A stretch of DNA of 64,000 bases from Octopus sinensis (GCF_006345805.1 NC_042999.1:166718001-166782000), one strand, 5' to 3'; positions 42,910-56,145 are shown, counted from the stretch's first letter. The notes: generated from the letters alone by a model not told the origin. Program-made: numbers and translations.

Positions 42910-43130
42910 AAGGCTTTCAACATGTGATCTCTTGAGCACCACCAGCAAAAAATTTTTTTTCTCTGTCTTCCCTTCTCGGGATCTTTCCTTCTCCTTTGTT
43001 TCCGACGAAGAGCTCCGCTCGAAACGTTAAACCCTCCTTCCCTTCTTTCCTGAGCGTCAAATAATACTTTAATTGTTCCACGTCCTCGCGTTGCTGTGTT
43101 TTTGTCTGTGTTTTCTTGTTTGGATTAACT
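42910..43130 (+). mobile_element. Short hammerhead-bearing pLTR-like insert between (TA)n tracts
   Basis: HHR at 42998-43032; related to 4065-4200 in reverse orientation. Confidence 0.6.
42998..43032 (+). ncRNA. Ultra-minimal type I hammerhead (CCGACGA core variant)
   Basis: gttt CCGACGA a gagc tcc gctc GAAA cg T T aaac; stem III reduced to the palindrome AACGTT. Confidence 0.6.
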
Positions 43131-43176
43131 ATATATATACATACTTTATTTAAAGCAGCAGAAAATTCAACAAAAC

Positions 43177-43214
43177 CTGTTACTCTGAGTTTCCCGTTGC
43201 CGTTCATCGGACAG
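43177..43214 (-). ncRNA. Type I hammerhead (CCGATGA core variant)
   Basis: Reverse complement: ctgt CCGATGA a cg gcaa cg g GAAA ctcagag TA acag. Confidence 0.6.
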
Positions 43215-43230
43215 TTTTTGCTAGCAAAAA

Positions 43231-43268
43231 CTGTCCGATGAACGGCAACGGGAAACTCAGAGTAACAT
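43231..43268 (+). ncRNA. Type I hammerhead (mirror copy, one stem I mismatch)
   Basis: ctgt CCGATGA acggcaacgg GAAA ctcagag TA acat. Confidence 0.55.
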
Positions 43269-43489
43269 GTTTTGTTGAATTTTCTGCTGCTTTAAATAAA
43301 GCATATTACTCTACCACTGGTATTTGAGTACTCTTTTTTCCACCTTGTTTCACATTTATGTGTTTACTCCGGTATATATATATATATATATATAGTTTAA
43401 TTCGAGGAAGTTAGGGATTATATAATCCAAGATATTCCGCTGGTTAATCTCTATCATATAATATGAAAGTCACTGGTATATTTTGGGAT

Positions 43490-43722
43490 AAAGGCGGCGA
43501 GCTGGCAGAAACGTTAGCACACCGGGCGAAATGCTTAGCGGTATTTCGTCTGCGTTACGTTGTGAGTTCAAATTCCGCCGAGGTCGACTTTGCCTCTCAT
43601 CATTTCGGGGTCGATAAATTAAGTACCAGTTACGCACTGGGGTCTATGGAATCGACTTAATACCTATGTCTGTCCTTGTTTGTCCCCTCTGTGTTTAGCC
43701 CCTTGTGGGTAATAAAGAAATA
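43490..43722 (+). mobile_element. Full-length tRNA-derived SINE with Tx1-like tail
   Basis: Head, body and tail intact; flanked by ggtatattttgggat on both sides (TSD-like). Confidence 0.85.
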
Positions 43723-44214
43723 GGTATATTTTTGGGATTATTGAAATTATATATATTATCAATATTGAAGGAAAAGAAAATGGAGAAAAATGGATGTATG
43801 AATAATTTATTTGTATGTTATAGAATGTTGAAAATGTCTTTTAAAAATAAGTTGATTAAAAGTTGTAAAGCTCACCAAAAATAAAACAAAATAAAAAAAT
43901 ACCTACATATATGTTTCAGTACTCTCCTTTAGTTGATCAGAAATTCTAAGCATTTGGTTAAATGCTAAGAAAGGTATCATATTCTAACTTTATACGGTAG
44001 AACTTCGGGGTTATTATGAGTTTATAGAACTTAGGTTACTTTTTTTCGTTTGAAGGATGCATACAGAGTATTAGTGAGTTTAAGAAGTTAAAATTCACTA
44101 ATATTCTTCTATCTTTATTCTTTATTCTTTATTCTTCTATCTTTATTCCTTATAAACTGTGAATTTTATTCCTTGTAAATTGTATATTTTCCCTGTCTAA
44201 AATATTCCTATTTT

Positions 44215-44282
44215 GTCTCCGATGACGGAGTTCCCAGTTTGTGGACATACCTCTTGGGGTATCCCAGAAACGGCTGTATATC
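44215..44282 (+). ncRNA. Degenerate type I hammerhead, same family as 10460-10515
   Basis: gtct CCGATGA cgg...atccca GAAA cggctg TA tatc; 3' strand of stem I decayed; element ends in (TA)n at about 44355. Confidence 0.5.
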
Positions 44283-44371
44283 ACCTTTCCCTAATTAAGT
44301 TATTCTAAATGACTTGATATACTCGTTCTGCCTTGGTGTTTGATTTTTCAACTAATATATATATATATATT

Positions 44372-44495
44372 CTTCTACTAGTTTCAGACTGCGGCCATGC
44401 TGGAGCACCGCCTTTAGTTGAAGAAATCGACCCCTGGACTTATTTTTTGTAAGCCTAGTACTTATTCTATCGGACTCTTTTGCCGAACCGCTAGG
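44372..44495 (-). mobile_element. SINE 3' fragment
   Basis: Same tail as 37741-37880. Confidence 0.7.
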
Positions 44496-45819
44496 TGTTT
44501 CCAAGAAAAAAAAAGAACAATAACAAAACAAACAAACAAACAAAAAACCCCAAAGCATATTAATTAGCATCTTCTAAATTCTAATGATTTGTGTTTCAGT
44601 GAAAATTTGTGAAACCTCTTCAAGATACGCCACTTGAGTTTCTTACAATAAAAACAGCTATGCAATCACGTGAATATATGGTACACGCAACACGCGTACA
44701 ACACACCTCTACACACACACACGCACACACACACACACACACACTAATACATACACACCCATACATACACATCCAACACGCATATACAAAACAGTAGTGA
44801 AACACATTCAGGTATGTGGTTAAGTGTTATATACACATCCAACTTACACATGTCTAAGTTTATTGATGCCTGCAGTGATTCATTCATGTATTCGCAAAGC
44901 TAAAGACCTTATTGTGTTGAGTGTTTTTAGGCTGAGCGGCTTGAATTCTGTGATGGGAAAACTTGACGAACAGTCTGAAATAAATACCATATACATACAT
45001 AATACATACATACCTCATCCTAGATAAAACTCCCATTTATACATCATCTTTCGTGCGTAATCGAGAGTGACGTAGCAGTGTCTCACTGTAACAGATGCGT
45101 GTGATATTCCAACTACTGCAGTGTAAGGTCTGCCTTTTGTCTCGAGAAGCTTGCATTAGTTTGTCGTTGTCATGTCGTTCTTGCATGATCTAGTTTTTAG
45201 TGGAGCGAACTTACACGGTATCTTACATCTTTTCGTTAAGAAACCTCTGGATCCAGCGATAAAATATGTTCAGTATAGTTTAAGATGATACCGGACTGGC
45301 CGGAAACTTGGCAAAATTTGACAAGAAAGTGACTCAGAGCTTCCACTTCGATAAGTCTGCCAAGTTTGTTTTCCATAGCTTCTGCTGCCTTCTTTGACCC
45401 CATGAAACTATATGACCCTTAATTGGGGGTATGTCAATAGCAACAACTTCACAAAATCTCATCTGAAAGACAACAGGAGTGTGAATTTGGATATCCCTTA
45501 TCCCAGACGAATAACTCAACTAGAACTAAAGGTCCAATGCTTCCAGTAGGGTTACCACTTGCCCATTCACCGAATTTCATGTACTTCTATATCCTAGCAA
45601 CCGGGCAAAAATAACTAGAGTATGAAAATGACGTGGAAATTGAATCAATACGCATACAACCATACCATATATATATAACATATATTTAATCTCAATCTTA
45701 AATTGGGCCCCGTGTTTAAACTACAAGGGTTTCGGTGACTTACAATGAGAACTAAGACCTAGTCTCACAGACAGATTAGATATTATTTATTAATCATACG
45801 TCTAATGAATTTGTGATAA

Positions 45820-46330
<511 letters not shown>

Positions 46331-46359
46331 AAATATATTTATTTATTCATGATTTATTT

Positions 46360-47590
46360 ATTCCAACCACATGGTTCCAGGTTCAGTTCTACTGCGTGGC
46401 ACCTTGGCAAGCGTCCTCTACTATAGCCTCGTGCCGACCAAAGCCATGTGAGTGGATTTTGGTAGATGGAAATTGAAAGAAGCCCGTCATATATCTGTAC
46501 ACAAGGGAATATCAACAGATGGCAGCATACGGTTGAGTGCGCAGTGAGAGCTAGCAGTGGTCTTCATGAGACAGTGTGCAAAGTGGCATTGCTATGTTTA
46601 CTTCACAAGTTGTGAAATTTGTGTTTTGGGGATCACGTGTATGCTGTAGTCTGCGATTTGTCATGGACAGGAACAAAGAACCAACGTGAAATTCTGCGTT
46701 AAACTTGGTAAATTTGCTATAGAGACATTGAGCATGCTTCGGCAAGCTTACGGTAACGAAGCTATGGGTCGTACGCAATGTTTAAAGTGGAACGGGCGCT
46801 TCAAAAGTGGAAGAACGTCCCTGGAAGACGATGAGCAATCTGGAAGACGTGCCATGGGTGTCACCCCTGGAAATGTGTTATTGTGCATCGAGAATTCCTC
46901 CACCCCCAGGGCCGTTTTGAAGCGTTTGAGGGAGGACATTCGATTCAACGACCGGATCTATGGGGCGCGAAAGATTAGATTCTTTACCGTGCTCTCCTCA
47001 CTCGTGAGTTTCTCATAAAAAACAACATGGTATCGTTTCTGCACCCGCCCTTTCGCCAGGTTTAACACCTGCGGGCTTCAATCTCTTCCCCAAGATGAAA
47101 ATGCTGCTCAAACGTCAACGTGTTAACACCTTCGTCGAGATCGAGAGCAAATCGCAGAAGGTTCTTGACTCGCTGACGGAAAACGACTTCCAAGTTGGAT
47201 TCCAAAAGCGACAGGAACGCTGGGATCAGTGTATTGCTGCGCAAGGTGACTATTTCGAAGGAGATGATGTTAAAAACTTAGGTAAATAAGTTATTTTTTT
47301 ATTAAACATAACTAGGTTATGCTTAATAACTAGTTACTAAACATAACCTTTCGATACCACCTCGTATCTACGTGTGTCTTCGTGTCTGAGTTTGTCCCCC
47401 ACCGACCGCTTGACAACTAGCGTTGTTTGTTAACGTCTCCGTAACCTAGCAATTCGGCATATGAGACGGACAGAATAAGTACTAGGCTTAGAAAAAAATG
47501 TTCTGGGGTTGATTCGTTCGATTAAAATCATTCAAAGGATTATCCTAGCATGGCCGCAGTCTAATGACGGAAAAAGCAAATTATAAAAGA
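46360..47590 (+). mobile_element. tRNA-derived SINE split by a mariner (halves 46360-46499 and 47365-47590)
   Basis: The two halves are colinear with the intact SINE. Confidence 0.75.
46500..47364 (+). mobile_element. Decayed, internally deleted mariner transposon
   Basis: VKFCVKLGKFAIETLSMLRQAYGNEAMGRTQCLKWNGRFKSGRTSLEDDEQSGR; HPPFSPGLTPAGFNLFPKMK; RWDQCIAAQGDYFEGD; degenerate TIRs flanked by TA. Confidence 0.9.
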
Positions 47591-48074
47591 TATTTATTCA
47601 TAACTCACGCCACATTAGTAATCTTGGTTATTTAAAGACATTCATGATTTAATCTACACTTATTTTATGAATTTGTCATAATGAAACAATGTAAGAAATC
47701 TTTATTCAATTTGTAATACCGAAATCTACTTGTATTGTTAACGCCTTGTTAATTTGTTTATATAAACCGGATTATATTGTCAGCAAAATACCTGGCAGCT
47801 TGTTTCATTTTCTTTATTTTTTCTCAAGAATTTAAAACTTGGAGCTAAGAAATATTTACGAATTTTAACAGTAACTCTAAAGATGCCCTAGTAAATTTAC
47901 AGTAATTTATTGTGATATAAATGTTGTTGAACTCCAGCTCGGGCTTGATCAAGCAAGCATATAATAAAAAGCCTTCCATCCCGTGTCTTTCCTGAACTAC
48001 AGAACACCTGAAACTATAATATTCGATATAGATTCCTGAAGCGTGGGATGTGATGTGAGGGGGATTTACTATTA

Positions 48075-49088
48075 CAGTAATCCCTCGACTATCGCGGATG
48101 TTACGTTCCAAAAAACCTCGGGATAGGTGAAAATCTGCGAAGTAGAAACAGTACTGTATATTTTTAAAATTATCTTTATCGCTGCTATATATTTATTTTA
48201 TTATTTTTTCATATATTTAAGCTTTTATAAACAATCCGCACGCTCTTAGGGGTACCCGTGTCTTCTCCTTTTTTGCGGGCGAGGAACATAGTGATGGGCA
48301 GTTGCTGGCGTTGCCTTTTCTTTTGTGAGGTTTTTATAAACTTCCATGGCTCCGTCGATTGCATTTCTGAACTGCAACGCACGAATCATATGGGGTCCCA
48401 ATCTTCTTTGATGCTTTTTTTTTGCCGTTTTAGTTAGGGTTGAGAGCGATCGGAGTTTTAGTTAGAGTTCTAGGCCGACTTCTTCCCTTGGAACCGCTTG
48501 TTCTTCGTCTTCTTCCTCACTTGCTGACTTCGTCATCTCTGTCAGATCTTCATCCGTTAACGGATCTGAGACGGCCTCGATCAGGTTATTAACGTCCCGG
48601 GAAGTCATATCAGTGAAGCCATCTAGTAATGTTGTCAGTTTCACTGCCTTATTTACTGCAATGTGGTGGATTTTGTCAGGAGAGAACCCTTTATAGTCGT
48701 GGACCACTTCTGGCCACAATTTCTTTCAGCTGGCATTCAAAGTTTCGTTCTTCATCTCCTTTACGGTCTTCTGAATATTTTGGAGACATGTTGCAATGGT
48801 GTACCCATGACAGTACTCCTTCAGCGAAAATTTATTATCTGAGTCCATAGCCTCGACCAGGTGTTACAGGGAGTTTCACGTATAGAGCGCCTTAAAAGCA
48901 CGAATAACGCCTTGATCCACGGGCTGGATCAGCGATGTGGTGTCCGACGGTAAGAATTCGATTTGTACGCCCTCATACGACAGGTCGAGCGCGTTGCCTC
49001 CATCATTGTCCATTAGGAGAAGCACTTTGAATTCCAGTCCTTTTTCGGCGAGATAAACCTTGACTTCGGGGATAAAGCACTGGTGAAA
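48075..49088 (-). mobile_element. pogo/Tigger DNA transposon, 3' half
   Basis: TIR ta|cagtaatccctcgactatcgcgg; minus-strand HQCFIPEVKVYLAEKGLEFKVLLLMDN, EFLPSDTTSLIQPVDQGVIRAFKALY, LWPEVVHDYKGF. Confidence 0.9.
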
Positions 49089-49160
49089 AAATAAGTGTAT
49101 TAAAAAAAAAAGTAATCATGTAAAAATTTTTTTATGTTAAAAAATTACCAGAGGTATGCA

Positions 49161-49245
49161 TTTGTCTAGGGACGCAAATGTCCAGGGACGCAATTGTCTG
49201 GTACGCAGTTGTCCGGGACGCAAATGTCTAGAATGCAACTGTTCG
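49161..49245. repeat. Tandem ~15-bp repeats (gggacgcaaatgtcc-like), 5-6 copies
   Basis: Directly visible. Confidence 0.75.
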
Positions 49246-50400
49246 TCCACCACCTGTGAGCGTATTGACCTTTTCTTAGTTTGATTGTTAATTCATTTGT
49301 TAGGTTTCATGTGCTCGGCATAAACATTTGTTAGGATGGTTATTAGTTATAAACTTTGAACTTCAAGGCTCAGAAGGATTTTGTTTTTTGCTTTTAAAAC
49401 TGAAACTTGCTCTCTCGGAGTGCCAGAGTAATGCATTTCTCCAGTTGAGTAGCCTGAATTTTCGATTGGAGAGGAAGTTGGGCTTATGGTCTTTATGTGT
49501 AATGTGGGGATCATAATGAAAGATATTATTTATAATAAAATATAAATATAAATATAGCATTATTAATATTGTACTAAAAATTTCTATACTAAATAATACA
49601 TCTTAAAAAAATAGTCTTTTTAATTTATCTTTCTAGTCTTTCTAATTTGTGAGATGTCCCTATTTCTAGTTTGAGAACGGTTAACTTCCAAATGAGAAGT
49701 CAGTTTTCTGAGGTTGTGTTCTTTTAAATGTTTATAGTTTGATCTAGTTGGTTGTTTAGTCATTTCTGTATAGGTTTTCATTCTGGACATTTTCAGAAAG
49801 GAGTTAACGGAACTGTACTCTCTTTTGAACTGAGTTATGAAGAAAAAATTGGCATTTTTTTCCACTGTTGAAGAGAATTTATTTTCCGGACTCACATATG
49901 TCCATAGTTTGAGAACACTTTTCAAAAGCTGTTCATTATGTTTAGTGAGTTTGATATGCATTTCTTCATCAATGGTTTTATATTTTTGTTCGTTGTTCGA
50001 TGCTCTTAGTTTAAGTAACTCAACTTCTATTTTCATATTCTCGAGCACTAATTTCTCCCTAAGTTGTCTTTGTTGTTTGGGCTCTTCTGCGATTAGTTTT
50101 AATTCCAGTTTGCGTGGAAGTATTAAGTGTTGAGTCCACTCATCATTCATATATTCCGATACGAATAAGCTCTTTCCACCGTATATGCCTTTATTTGAGT
50201 CCGTGCATCACTTACATTTCCATCGGTATGTTTATGTCCAGAGATTTGTTGCGTCACATTTTTAGCTTGATCGTCGTCAATATCCGGCTCTGGCATTTCA
50301 ATCAGGATCGATTCCATCTTATGTTCAACAGTGAGTACCGTAGATTACATTTTACAGTCTTCTGTTTCTCTTTCTGTTTCCATTTTTTGGCCTTTGTAAA

Positions 50401-50760
50401 CATGGTTTCGGGTTCAGTCCCACTGCGTGGCACCTTGGGCAAGTGTCTTCTACTATAGCCACGGGCCGACCAAAGCCTTGTGAGTGGATTTGGTAGACGG
50501 AAACTGAAAGTATCCCGTCGTATATATGTATATATATGTATATGTTTGTGTGTCTGTGTTTGTCCCCCTAGCATTGCTTGACAACCAATGCTGGTGTGTT
50601 TACGTCCCCGTCACTTAGCGGTTCGGCAAAAGAGACCGATAGAATAAGTACTGCGCTTACAAAGAATAAATCCCGGGGTCGATTTGCTCGACTAAAGGCG
50701 GTGCTCCAGCATGGCCGCAGTCAAATGACTGAAACAAGTAAAAGAGTAAAAGAGAGTAAA
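50401..50760 (+). mobile_element. tRNA-derived SINE, 5'-truncated
   Basis: Very similar to 60196-60560. Confidence 0.85.
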
Positions 50761-50895
50761 GAGGCTAAGAAGTAATTTGCGGGAGATTTGGTCTGTCACC
50801 AACTGGTTAAACTATCAAATTGAAATTCACTCGTTAACTTCCATTCAAACTTATTGTTGCTGTTTTTTATGCTAATGTTAAATATAACCACTCCT

Positions 50896-50947
50896 TGTAT
50901 GTATGTATGTATGTGTGTATGTATGTATGTATGTATGTATATATTTT

Positions 50948-50979
<32 letters not shown>

Positions 50980-51984
50980 TGTATGTATGTATTATGTATG
51001 TATGTATGTATGTATGTATGTATTATGTATATATGTATTATGTATGTATGTATGCATGTATGTATGTATGTATGTATGTATTATGTATATATGTATTATG
51101 TATGTATGTATGTATTGTGTATGTATGTATGTATGTATGTATGTATTATGTATGTATGTATGTATTATGTATGTATGTATGTATGTATTATGTATATATG
51201 TATTATGTATGTAAGTATGTATGTATTATGTATATATGTATTATGAATGTATGTATGTATGTATTATGTATCTATGTATGTATGTATTATGTATATATGT
51301 ATTATGAATGTATGTATGTATGTATTATGTATGTATGTATGTATTATGTATATATGTATTATGAATGTATGTATGTATGTATTATGTATGTATGTATTGT
51401 GTATGTATGTATGTATGTATTATGTATGTATGTATGTATGTATGTATGTATTATGTATGTATGTATGTATGTATGTATTATGTATGTATGTATGTATGTA
51501 TGTATGTATGTATGTATTATGTATGTATGTATGTATGTATGTATGTATGCATGCATGTATGTATGTATGTATTATGTATGTATGTATGTATGTATGTATT
51601 ATGTATGTATGTATGTATATTATGTATGTATGTATGTATTATGTATGTATGTATGTATTATGTATGTATGTATGTATGTATTATGTATGTATGTATGTAT
51701 GTATTATGTATGTATGTATGTATGTATGTATGTATGTATTATGTATGTATGTATGTAGGTATGTATGTATTATGTATGTATGTATGTATGTATTATGTAT
51801 GTATGTATGTATGTATGTATTATTTATGTATGCATGTATGTATGTATGTATTATGTATGTATGTATATGTATTATGAATGTATGTATGTATGTATGTAGT
51901 ATGTATGTATTATGTATGTATTATGTATATATGTATTATGAATGTATGTATGTATTATTATGTATGTATGTATTATGTATGTAT

Positions 51985-52016
<32 letters not shown>

Positions 52017-52620
52017 TTATGTATGTATGTATTGTGTATGTATGTATGTATGTTATTATGTATGTATGTATGTATGTATGTTATGTATGTATGTATGTAT
52101 GTATGTATTATGTATGTATGTAGTATGTATGTATGTATTATGTATGTATTATGTATGTATGTATGTAATGTATGTATGTATGTATGCATGCATGTATGTA
52201 TGTATGTATTATGTATGTATGTATGTATGTATGTATTATGTATGTATGTATGTATTATGTATGTATGTATGTATGTATGTATTATGTATTATGTATGTAT
52301 GTATGTATGTATATGTATTATGTATGTATGTTATGTATGTATGTATTATTTATGTATGCATGTATGTATGTATGTATTATGTATGTATGTATGTAGGTAT
52401 GTATGTATTATGTATGTATGTATGTATGTATTATGTATGTATGTATGTATGTATGTATTATTTATGTATGCATGTATGTATGTATGTATTATGTATGTAT
52501 GTATGTATGTATTATGTATGTATGTTATGTATGTATTATGTATGTATTATGTATGTATGTATGTATGTACGTACGTACGTATGTATGTATGTATGTATGT
52601 ATGGATGGATGGATGCATGC
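50896..52620. repeat. 1.7-kb interrupted (TATG)n array
   Basis: Directly visible. Confidence 0.98.
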
Positions 52621-53694
52621 AACCATGTTTTTGTGTGCCTTTTTCTTTTTTATTTATTAATATTCTTTCTAAAGTGAGGAAGTTGGTTTGTAAGATAGAA
52701 ACAAAAATTCTACCACTGGACTTTGGGTAACAGCAATAAATGGATGGAACATAACGAACGTTAAGTAGGTCTTGTCTATTTTTATTGTTTCACTGACAGT
52801 TTGTATCTGTAAAGTTCGTCTAGGCCCATCTTTACCTGAAAATCCTAGCCTCTCCGGATTGTGGTTTTGACATTTACTAACATAACGAGAGCCCTAATGA
52901 ATTCTGGTATGAATGTGAATTTATAGTCAATGAAGTGGAGTTGCAGTTTTTGAAGAAGTTGTCTACAGATATTCTTCTTCTCGCTGAGATGTTCACATTT
53001 TGAGGGCAACTAACCTCTACGGCTGTACAATACTTCTTTTCTGCCTCCAAATAACTCTGTCATATCTGTTATTCTCACACTTGATAGGTGTTTTAATGGA
53101 TATGTTTCACCAATATTTCTTGTGCTGCTATGCATGTACGTATTCCAAAGCAGAGGTGATTATATTTATCACAGGACAGTGTTTTCTGCGGATGGCCTTG
53201 TATATTGCTTAAGCAACAACAAAATGGCACAGTCAGAGGTAGTACCTTGATGACAGTTTTGGACGACTGATAATATACATGTGTTATGACTTCCACAGAA
53301 GAGTGACATAATCATACTCGAGACTTTAAGGACTTTGATGTCCGTTTGTTCATGAAATATTTTGAAGCTATCTCCTGCTCTTAGATTGCAAAAGGGTAAC
53401 CTTCAAGATGTCACGAGATGTAGCGGTTACGAGTCTAGGAGAGAGGCTACCTTCATGTTAGTATTATCATCTTTTTTTATAGTTTACGGGAAACAGAGCC
53501 AAGCATAACTTTCTTGCTCTACAGACTGTTTCTCTTCCAGGTCTTTGCTGGGTTATGTAAGCCCTGCACGTCTGGGTTTATATGGGAACTCACCAGGAAG
53601 AGATTTTTTTTTTTGAGGAATACATTGTCACTGACTCGTTGAACGTTATTCAATCCATTTATTTAGCACTTGTTTGATAACCGAATACTTCTCT

Positions 53695-54622
53695 AACAAC
53701 AATGACAATGAAGACAAATCATTAGTGAGAAATAAAAGTGATTCCTGCCCAAAGAAAAGAAAGGACTAAACACTAGATACCTACTGCGAACACATCATAA
53801 ACTTCTCCTCGGAAAAAGTGAAAATAAAAACACCGAATCAAACTTCACAAAATATGAGTAAAAGAACCTATTTGATTTACAATAAAACACTGAAATAACC
53901 ATTAAAGAATCCGATAAATGCAGTACAGTAGTAATCATGGCTGCAGAATACTATAAAGACCTAGCATTTAGATTGTTAGAAGACAACAATTATGAAAAAC
54001 GACCAATTACAAGTAATAAAAGATAATAGACAACCTCCGAACTTTTCTAAAGAAGTACCATGAAAGCTTAACCAGCTAAGAATGCACTTCAAATGCAAAA
54101 CGAGCACTGTATACGGTTTACCAAAAATACACAATGCAAACTAATATGTGAAGCTTGTAAATCCTCAACAAAAAAAATGCATGCCGTTAGCACCTCCGGA
54201 TGATTTAAGGTCCTGCGTGTGAAACTCATAAACTAACTTCTTAGACATACTCCTTAAGCCCTTCCTAAAACATGTACAGAGCGACATACCAGATGACCTA
54301 GACATGCTGAATCATCTGCCAAAAACGGTAAGTGAAAACAATTTTTGTTTCCTGCAACACAATACTGGTTAGACACACACAAATCTGAACAACCGACACG
54401 CATCGAAAAAGACTTTATCATTGACGAACTAAAATTCATTCTGCGGAACAATTGTTTTACCTTCAATGGAACAGCATACCGACAAATATCGTAATGAGTA
54501 AGAAAAAAGCCCCTACGTAAAATCTTTCCCCTGTGCAACTGCTCGGTCACTTTCACCCAATAACAGAGAATAGATATAGAAAAACGAGTCATTAACAAAT
54601 ATAAACCACAATATTGAAACAT
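53695..54622 (+). mobile_element. Decayed Penelope-like retroelement (RT fragments)
   Basis: EDKSLVRNKSD; ITIKESDKCSTVVIMAAEYYKDL (cf. IKxADKG); YGLPKIH; LDILLKPFLKHVQSDIPDDLDMLNHLPK; FIIDELKFILRNNCFTFNGTAYRQIS; ends in (TA)n. Confidence 0.85.
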
Positions 54623-54624
54623 CC

Positions 54625-54704
<80 letters not shown>

Positions 54705-54726
54705 ATAAATATATATATATATATAT

Positions 54727-54811
54727 ACTATAGCCTCAGGCCGACCAAAGCCTTGTGAGAGGATTTTGTACACGGAAACTGAAAGAAGACTGTCGTATAT
54801 GTATATGTATA

Positions 54812-54857
<46 letters not shown>

Positions 54858-55035
54858 TATACCCCCACCGTCGCTTGACAACAGATGTTGCTGTGTTTAC
54901 TTCCCCATAACCCAGCGGTTCAGCAAAAGATACCGAGAGAATAAGTACTAGGCTTACAAAGAATAAATTCTGGCATCGATTTGTTCGACTAAAGGCGGTG
55001 CTCCACCATGGCCACATGGCTAAAACAAACAAGAC
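54727..55035 (+). mobile_element. tRNA-derived SINE, 5'-truncated
   Basis: Homology to 60245-60545. Confidence 0.8.
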
Positions 55036-55059
55036 AATAAAAAAACTATGCCATTTTAT

Positions 55060-55088
55060 TCTCGAGCAACGCCGGGGATCTCTGCTAG
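55060..55088 (+). mobile_element. Isolated Helitron 3' end
   Basis: ctcgagcaacgccggg..tgCTAG|T. Confidence 0.55.
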
Positions 55089-55484
55089 TATTCTTTAGTA
55101 TTTTACATTGACTGTAACAAATTTAAAACAATTTTTAAACATACTTTCATACCATTTCTACATTTTCTTTTTAAGTATATATAGTTAGCAGCTGGAGGAG
55201 GCGTCCTCCTGCGGTTAAATACAGGAGTTACGTTGGCTCCTACAGAACGGTCACGTTTAAGCGGCAATAAACTTTGCTTCACAGTATAATCACTGCAGTC
55301 ATCTCTCATAGAGATTTTCTTGACCAACTAATTTGCTTATATATATATATATATATATATATATCACAATCAAGGAACGGCCATAATAGGCCATTCACCC
55401 ACTAGAAATAACAGCCAAAGCTTCAACCGCAAATAAACATCAATTCCGTAAACCAGGAGAAAATTAAAAAACATTTACCCTGTA

Positions 55485-55591
55485 ATTTCTTATACGATGC
55501 ACCGTTTCATCTACTGTTTAATGGTAAACTAACCTGATTAAATTAAATCAAGCCAATCTTCCATAGGCCCTTAGAATCATCAGTAAGAAAT
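55485..55591 (-). ncRNA. Type I hammerhead with enlarged stem II (mirror copy)
   Basis: Reverse complement of 55726-55832. Confidence 0.7.
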
Positions 55592-55725
55592 AGCCAAGTC
55601 GGAACAGATATTTTCACGAGGCATTTCCGACCCTGCCTCGGCAATATCTGACCTAAAATTTTAGGTCAGATATTGCCGAGGCAGGGTCGGAAATGCCTCG
55701 TGAAAATATCTGTTCCGACTTGGCT

Positions 55726-55832
55726 ATTTCTTACTGATGATTCTAAGGGCCTATGGAAGATTGGCTTGATTTAATTTAATCAGGTTAGTTTACCATTAAA
55801 CAGTAGATGAAACGGTGCATCGTATAAGAAAT
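55726..55832 (+). ncRNA. Type I hammerhead with enlarged (68-nt) stem II
   Basis: atttctta CTGATGA [t-tcta...taga-t] GAAA cggtgcatcg TA taagaaat; perfect 8-bp stem I. Confidence 0.7.
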
Positions 55833-56050
55833 TACAGGGTAAATGTTTTTTAATTTTCTCCTGGTTTACGGAATTGATGTTTATTTGCGGTTGAAGCTTT
55901 GGCTGTTATTTCTAGTGGGTGAATGGCCTATTATGGCCGTTCCTTGATTGTGATGTTGAACTTAAAAATGGTCTATGACTATTTAATTTTTTCCCACTAG
56001 GCCGCTGGTGGCAAAAAAATTCTACAAAATTTTTTGCCACCCTATATTGA

Positions 56051-56145
<95 letters not shown>

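Larger units (their letters stand above)
43141..43373. mobile_element. Palindromic hammerhead-bearing insert (arms 43141-43222 and 43223-43304; right tail to 43373) in (TA)n
   Basis: Spacer-less palindrome centred on tttttgCT|AGcaaaaa, about 2 mismatches. Confidence 0.9.
55363..56056. mobile_element. 592-bp palindromic hammerhead-bearing insert (arms 55363-55658 and 55659-55954; right tail to 56056) in (TA)n
   Basis: No mismatch noticed; centre cctaaaa|ttttagg. Confidence 0.92.

Noticed and set aside
49161-49245. CRISPR-like array
   Set aside because: Adjacent short degenerate repeats without unique spacers, in eukaryotic context
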